Shown here: positions 46,455 through 50,680 of the stretch, piece after piece
Position numbering within the stretch: position 1 is the first letter of the stretch
How the letters are laid out: every line of letters begins with the position of its first letter
DNA from: Candidatus Magasanikiibacteriota bacterium
GTDB taxonomy: Bacteria; Patescibacteriota; Patescibacteriia; Magasanikbacterales; GWA2-37-8
Assembly: GCA_046590235.1 (NCBI GenBank)
Contig: JBKJTY010000011.1
Location: 1 to 50,680 of the forward strand
Direction: 5' to 3'
Length of the DNA: 50,680 nt
Position numbers and translations under genes: made by a program
The notes under the pieces: model-generated
Database searches by the model: none
What the model was told of the DNA's origin: nothing
Seen by the model: only the letters and a program-made list of their open reading frames with translations

Positions 46455-47135
46455 ATGATTACATTGCACGGAGTTTCCAAATTTTACCAAAATACTGCTC
46501 CTGTTCTAAAAGATGTTACTGTTGCTATTGGTTCCGGTGAATTTGTCTCTATTGTTGGTCAAAGTGGCGCGGGTAAAACCACGCTCGTCAAACTGCTTAT
46601 TGCAGAAGAGCGTCCAACAAAAGGTAAAATTGAAGTCGGCGGTTGGGATATTACCAATATCAAATCAAACATTGTCCCATATCTACGTCGCCAAATCGGT
46701 GTTATCTTCCAAGATTTCCGTCTTTTGCCAAAAAAGACTGTTTTTGAAAACGTGGCATTTGCTCTTGAGGTGGCAGGGGAAGCCTCTCACCGAATTAACC
46801 AGATCGTACCACAAGTTTTAACCATTGTTGGTTTGGGGAATAAAGGTGAACGTTACCCAGGTCAGCTCTCAGGCGGTGAACAGCAGCGCGTCGCGATTGC
46901 CCGCTCATTGGTGCACGGTCCTAAAGTACTTATTGCCGATGAACCAACCGGCAATCTCGACACCATTAACACTGATGAGATTATTGAAATTCTAAAAAAG
47001 ATTAATGAATTTGGTACAACCATTTTATTGGTTACCCATAACCGTGAAGTGGTTAACCACTTACGTCGTCGCGTTATCACACTTGCAAATGGCCAGATTG
47101 TCAGCGACGAAGCGGCAGGTAAATATGTCTTATAA
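46455..47135 (+). CDS. ftsE: Cell division ATP-binding protein
   Basis: GQSGAGKTT, YLRRQIGVIFQDFRLL, LSGGEQQRVAIAR, HNREVVN..RRRVI. Confidence 0.92.
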   Translation: MITLHGVSKFYQNTAPVLKDVTVAIGSGEFVSIVGQSGAGKTTLVKLLIAEERPTKGKIEVGGWDITNIKSNIVPYLRRQIGVIFQDFRLLPKKTVFENVAFALEVAGEASHRINQIVPQVLTIVGLGNKGERYPGQLSGGEQQRVAIARSLVHGPKVLIADEPTGNLDTINTDEIIEILKKINEFGTTILLVTHNREVVNHLRRRVITLANGQIVSDEAAGKYVL

Positions 47136-47138
47136 CCT

Positions 47139-48050
47139 ATGACCTCATTTATACGTATTCTTAAATTCGCGTGGCAAGATATTGGGCGTAATTTTGGCTT
47201 GTCCGCCATGACAGTATTTATTTTGGTACTCATGCTTTTGTCGGTTAACACGCTTCTTGCTATGGATGTGACCGCTAAAGAAGCAATTCGCCTTGTTAAA
47301 GAGCAAGTCAATGTGAGTTTTTACATGACAGAAAAAGTTGCTGAGAAAAGTGTAAAAGATTTCCAGAACTATTTAGCGTCTTACTCAGAAGTTGAAACGG
47401 TAAAAGTACTGACTCGTGAAGAAGTTTTAGCATCATTCCAAAACCGCCACAAATTTAGTGCTGAAGTACTTCAGGCCCTGAGTGAGCTTGGTGGTAATCC
47501 GTTCGGTCCGACAGTGGTTATTAAAACCAAGGAACCAGGGGATTATAAAAAGATTATTGCTGCCATTGATGACAATCCAACCTATGAATCGATAATCGAA
47601 AGTAAGAGTTTTGATGGTCATGAAGAAGCTCTCGATCGTATCCAGGTTATTACTACTCGCATCGAACAAATCGGTCTCGGACTATCATTGTTATTTGCAA
47701 TTATCTCGTTTTTGATCATCTTTAACACCATTCGAGTAGCTATCCAGACCCACCGCGTTGAAATCAGTATTAAGCGTTTAGTGGGTGCTAATAACTGGTT
47801 TATCCGGGGTCCGTACTTGGTAGAGTCAGTGATCTTCTCCCTTTCCAGCATGATAATTACGCTAATTATCTTGTATTTTGGCATCCGCTACCTCGACCGC
47901 TATATTAGCGTGGTTTTCCCAAATGGCTTTTCCTTGACAAATTACTACGAATCCAATATGCTGTACGTGCTTCTACTTCAGACTGTGGCCGTATTGCTCC
48001 TCACTATTACTTCCAGTAGTTTGGCGATGCGCCGACAGCTTAAGGTCTAA
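47139..48050 (+). CDS. ftsX: Cell division permease
   Basis: Follows ftsE; IFNTIRVAI, EISIKRLVGANNWFIRGPY. Confidence 0.9.
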   Translation: MTSFIRILKFAWQDIGRNFGLSAMTVFILVLMLLSVNTLLAMDVTAKEAIRLVKEQVNVSFYMTEKVAEKSVKDFQNYLASYSEVETVKVLTREEVLASFQNRHKFSAEVLQALSELGGNPFGPTVVIKTKEPGDYKKIIAAIDDNPTYESIIESKSFDGHEEALDRIQVITTRIEQIGLGLSLLFAIISFLIIFNTIRVAIQTHRVEISIKRLVGANNWFIRGPYLVESVIFSLSSMIITLIILYFGIRYLDRYISVVFPNGFSLTNYYESNMLYVLLLQTVAVLLLTITSSSLAMRRQLKV

Positions 48051-48061
48051 GCGAAAGATAT

Positions 48062-48135
48062 TCGGGGATCGTCTAACGGCAGGACATCGCCCTTTGAAGG
48101 CGAGTATCCTGGTTCGAATCCAGGTCCCCGAACCA
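48062..48135 (+). tRNA. tRNA-Gln (TTG), CCA encoded
   Basis: TCGGGGA/TCCCCGA acceptor stem, loop CTTTGAA, CCTGG-TTCGAAT-CCAGG T arm, ACCA. Confidence 0.95.
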
Positions 48136-48283
48136 GGGAAAACACCACCATATCAATGGTGGTGTTTTAATTTAAAATCTAGTTTTTCAAAGGCCATTTC
48201 CTTAGTAATTTTAATAATCCCATTCGTCAGATAACGTATCAGGGTAGCTTGTCACCCGCATTTAATTCACTAAAAAAGTGCAT

Positions 48284-48775
48284 ATGAATATACGTAAAAT
48301 AATTGCCACCGCGTCTACTCTGCCGCTTGTCTTTCTTGGAAGCGCAGCATCAGCCGGCTCATGGTCAGGTAATAACTTGATTCTAGGTGACGACTACTAC
48401 AAGCCGTATGGCTCCCACTATAGAAATAACAATAATAATCGTTACTATAATAACCTCAACAACAATCATCGCTACAATCGTAACTTTAACAAAAACAGTT
48501 CAGTAATTATTGACAATGGTAATGTAAATGTAAGTAGAAGTAGTAGTTTTGGCGGAACAGTTTCAACATATGATCCGCAAAGTAGCGTCTTCTGGGTTAA
48601 CGATGGTAATGGTGGATTGATACGAGTTATTACTGACGATACTACAAGGTACGACGGCCTTAACAATAATTTCTATGACCATAACTCATTTTACGCTGAT
48701 GGTTTAATTGGTAGGCACGTAAACTTTGATGGCTGGCGTCAACACGACGGTTACCGAGCGGTATCAATCTGGTAA
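48284..48775 (+). CDS. Secreted Asn-rich hypothetical protein, paralogue of 48929-49399
   Basis: Signal peptide ending ASA; C-terminal FWVNDGNGGLIRV...VNFDGW domain; terminator 48788-48818. Confidence 0.72.
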   Translation: MNIRKIIATASTLPLVFLGSAASAGSWSGNNLILGDDYYKPYGSHYRNNNNNRYYNNLNNNHRYNRNFNKNSSVIIDNGNVNVSRSSSFGGTVSTYDPQSSVFWVNDGNGGLIRVITDDTTRYDGLNNNFYDHNSFYADGLIGRHVNFDGWRQHDGYRAVSIW

Positions 48776-48928
48776 TCGTGAGCAAATTAAAAGCCTTTCT
48801 CTACAAAGGGCTTTTTTGTTAGATCTGTCCTGCATTTTCAAAAACTGTTTCTTTCGTAATGATATTCTTTTGGTTCGTCATACAATTGTGTGGATTTGTC
48901 GCCACATATTAATTCATTTTAATATACA

Positions 48929-49399
48929 ATGCGTATGAATATTAAAAAAACAATCGCGGCAGCAGCGATACCACTCCTCACATTTTTGAGTAGCGGCGTT
49001 GCATCAGCTTCCAGTATGTTTCCAGGTGGAGTGCTAAACAATACTACTGATAGAACATCTGTATTGAGCGGGCCATTTGGGAATAGTTACGTAAGCACGG
49101 ATCGTCATAGTAGCATCCTTGATTCAGATTATGGATCATGTGGTAACGACTTTTCATCCGGAAACTTTAACTGCGATGGCTTCATTTCAGCAGTAGACGA
49201 TGATGCCTTCTGGTTAGATACCGGACACGGTCGAAACGTTCGCGTTTTCTCCGATGGATACCGAGGCAGTGATTATGCCGTTGGTAACCGGTTTAATGTA
49301 GTTGGTTGGCCATTCGAACAGGGTGTACAAGCCACTTCAATTAGCCCGATCGATGCTAGTGGTAACTCTGGCATCGTAAACACAGGTATTCTCCACTAA
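48929..49399 (+). CDS. Secreted hypothetical protein, paralogue of 48284-48775
   Basis: Signal peptide ending ASA; FWLDTGHGRNVRV...FNVVGW; terminator 49411-49440. Confidence 0.72.
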   Translation: MRMNIKKTIAAAAIPLLTFLSSGVASASSMFPGGVLNNTTDRTSVLSGPFGNSYVSTDRHSSILDSDYGSCGNDFSSGNFNCDGFISAVDDDAFWLDTGHGRNVRVFSDGYRGSDYAVGNRFNVVGWPFEQGVQATSISPIDASGNSGIVNTGILH

Positions 49400-49490
49400 T
49401 ACCCGTGTGTAAAAAGCCCCAGTTAAAAGGGGCTTTTTTTGTTTTAATCGGCAGTGGAAATTTTTATCACTCTATAGTATACTGTTAAAC

Positions 49491-50186
49491 ATGAAGACTA
49501 CTACCTATACAATTAATAACCAGAATATAAGCGTTAAGCTCCGTGACGAAGCAGACCAAAGCGTTGCGGCAGAAATTTTTAAGTTACGCGAATATCGTCT
49601 TGCCGAAGAAATCATTGCAAGTACTACGTTGCCGATCGTTGATGTCGGTGCTCATAGTGGTATGTTTACCCTCTATGCCAGAGCGTTAAATAAAGCCGCT
49701 CGCATTATTGCCATTGAGCCAGAACCAGAAAACCTAAAGCTCTTTGAAGAACACCTTAAAGACAACAGTGTAGTTAATGTTAAAGTTATCGCCGGTGCTT
49801 TGGCTGGAACAATAGGTAAACGTCAGTTGGAAGTTTCTCCTGATAGTCATAACCATAAACTCACTTTTGCGCTCGATGATGAAAACACCTTGACTGTGCA
49901 GGCGTATGATTGGGAACATCTTCTCAAACTTTGTCCGGATGGAATTGGTCTTATGAAGATGGATATTGAGGGTGGGGAATATGAAGTATTTTTGGCAGCA
50001 AAGACAGACGAGCTTGCACAGATACAAGCGTTAGTCATGGAATATCACGACCTACCCGATGAAAAGCACGGTATTATTGAACAAATTTTACGCGAGAATG
50101 GATTTGGTGTGCAAACATTTCCATCAAAATTTGATAAAACCATGGGATTTTTATGGGCAACCAACAAAAAAAACAAGCGTGGGTAG
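49491..50186 (+). CDS. FkbM-family SAM-dependent methyltransferase
   Basis: VDVGAHSG, IEPEP, MKMDIEGGEY, MEYH. Confidence 0.9.
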   Translation: MKTTTYTINNQNISVKLRDEADQSVAAEIFKLREYRLAEEIIASTTLPIVDVGAHSGMFTLYARALNKAARIIAIEPEPENLKLFEEHLKDNSVVNVKVIAGALAGTIGKRQLEVSPDSHNHKLTFALDDENTLTVQAYDWEHLLKLCPDGIGLMKMDIEGGEYEVFLAAKTDELAQIQALVMEYHDLPDEKHGIIEQILRENGFGVQTFPSKFDKTMGFLWATNKKNKRG

Positions 50187-50680
50187 TTGCTATTGATATG
50201 GGTTACGGTCATCAACGAGCCGCTTTCCCGCTTCGTCACTTGTCACCTGATGGCACCGTATTCATTGCCAATAAATATCAGGGGATACCTAAGAAAGATT
50301 ATAACTTCTGGCACTACGGACAAGTTTTTTATGAATTTGTCTCTCGAATGACTTCAATACCGCTCATCGGATCGGTCATTTTTGGTATTATGGATAGCTT
50401 TCAAGCTATCAAAGAATTTGATCCAAAAAAGAAATTTTTACGCCCAACAGCACAGCTCATCCAAAATTACTCCGCAATCAAAGGTGGTGTCGGCAAGCAT
50501 TTGATCGACCAGCTTAACAAAAAAGACATTCCACTCATCACTACTTTTTTTACCATCGCCTACATGGCCGAGGAGCATGGCTTTAAAAATGATATTTACC
50601 TGGTAATATGTGATACTGACATTAGTCGCTCCTGGGCGCCTTATCACCCGGAAAAATCACGTATACAGTACTGTGCCTCC
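50153..50680 (+). CDS. Glycosyltransferase-like protein, truncated by window end
   Basis: Open frame MGNQQKKQAWVVAIDMGYGHQRAA...VICDTDISRSW runs to the window end; MGYGH resembles GT-B N-terminal motifs. Confidence 0.65.
   Translation, partial: MGNQQKKQAWVVAIDMGYGHQRAAFPLRHLSPDGTVFIANKYQGIPKKDYNFWHYGQVFYEFVSRMTSIPLIGSVIFGIMDSFQAIKEFDPKKKFLRPTAQLIQNYSAIKGGVGKHLIDQLNKKDIPLITTFFTIAYMAEEHGFKNDIYLVICDTDISRSWAPYHPEKSRIQYCAS

Overview
This 50.7 kb window is AT-rich chromosomal DNA, most likely from a Patescibacteria/CPR bacterium (ABY1/Magasanikbacteria-like; inferred from gene content, SD-less core genes and LTGAGC lipobox-like signal peptides). The core content is: a surface-glycan locus (PGI/PMI, four GT2 enzymes, RmlA), pilT, cca, a MacAB-like ABC exporter, dnaG-rpoD-murG, a CDP-3,6-dideoxyhexose cluster, a translin/TRAX homologue, murE-ftsB-PPIase, ftsEX and four tRNAs. 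Three things are not explained by routine annotation. (1) A small GIY-YIG nuclease gene sits inside a perfect 34-bp terminal inverted repeat. Three nuclease-less copies of the same dRS3/REP-like element, and a second TGTCAT...ATGACA family, lie in intergenic spacers. (2) Two tandem YfbR-like HD genes (one intact, one with a broken HD motif) each carry a covarying ~78-nt bulged stem-loop between stop codon and terminator, and share a 5'-UTR motif. (3) A set of GC-rich, SD-led, self-contained gene units is scattered among the core genes, each with its own promoter and 3' hairpin; one sits between tRNA-Lys and a decayed copy of its 3' end. No CRISPR array, integrase, transposase or reverse transcriptase was seen. 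All calls come from reading motifs by eye; no database searches were run.
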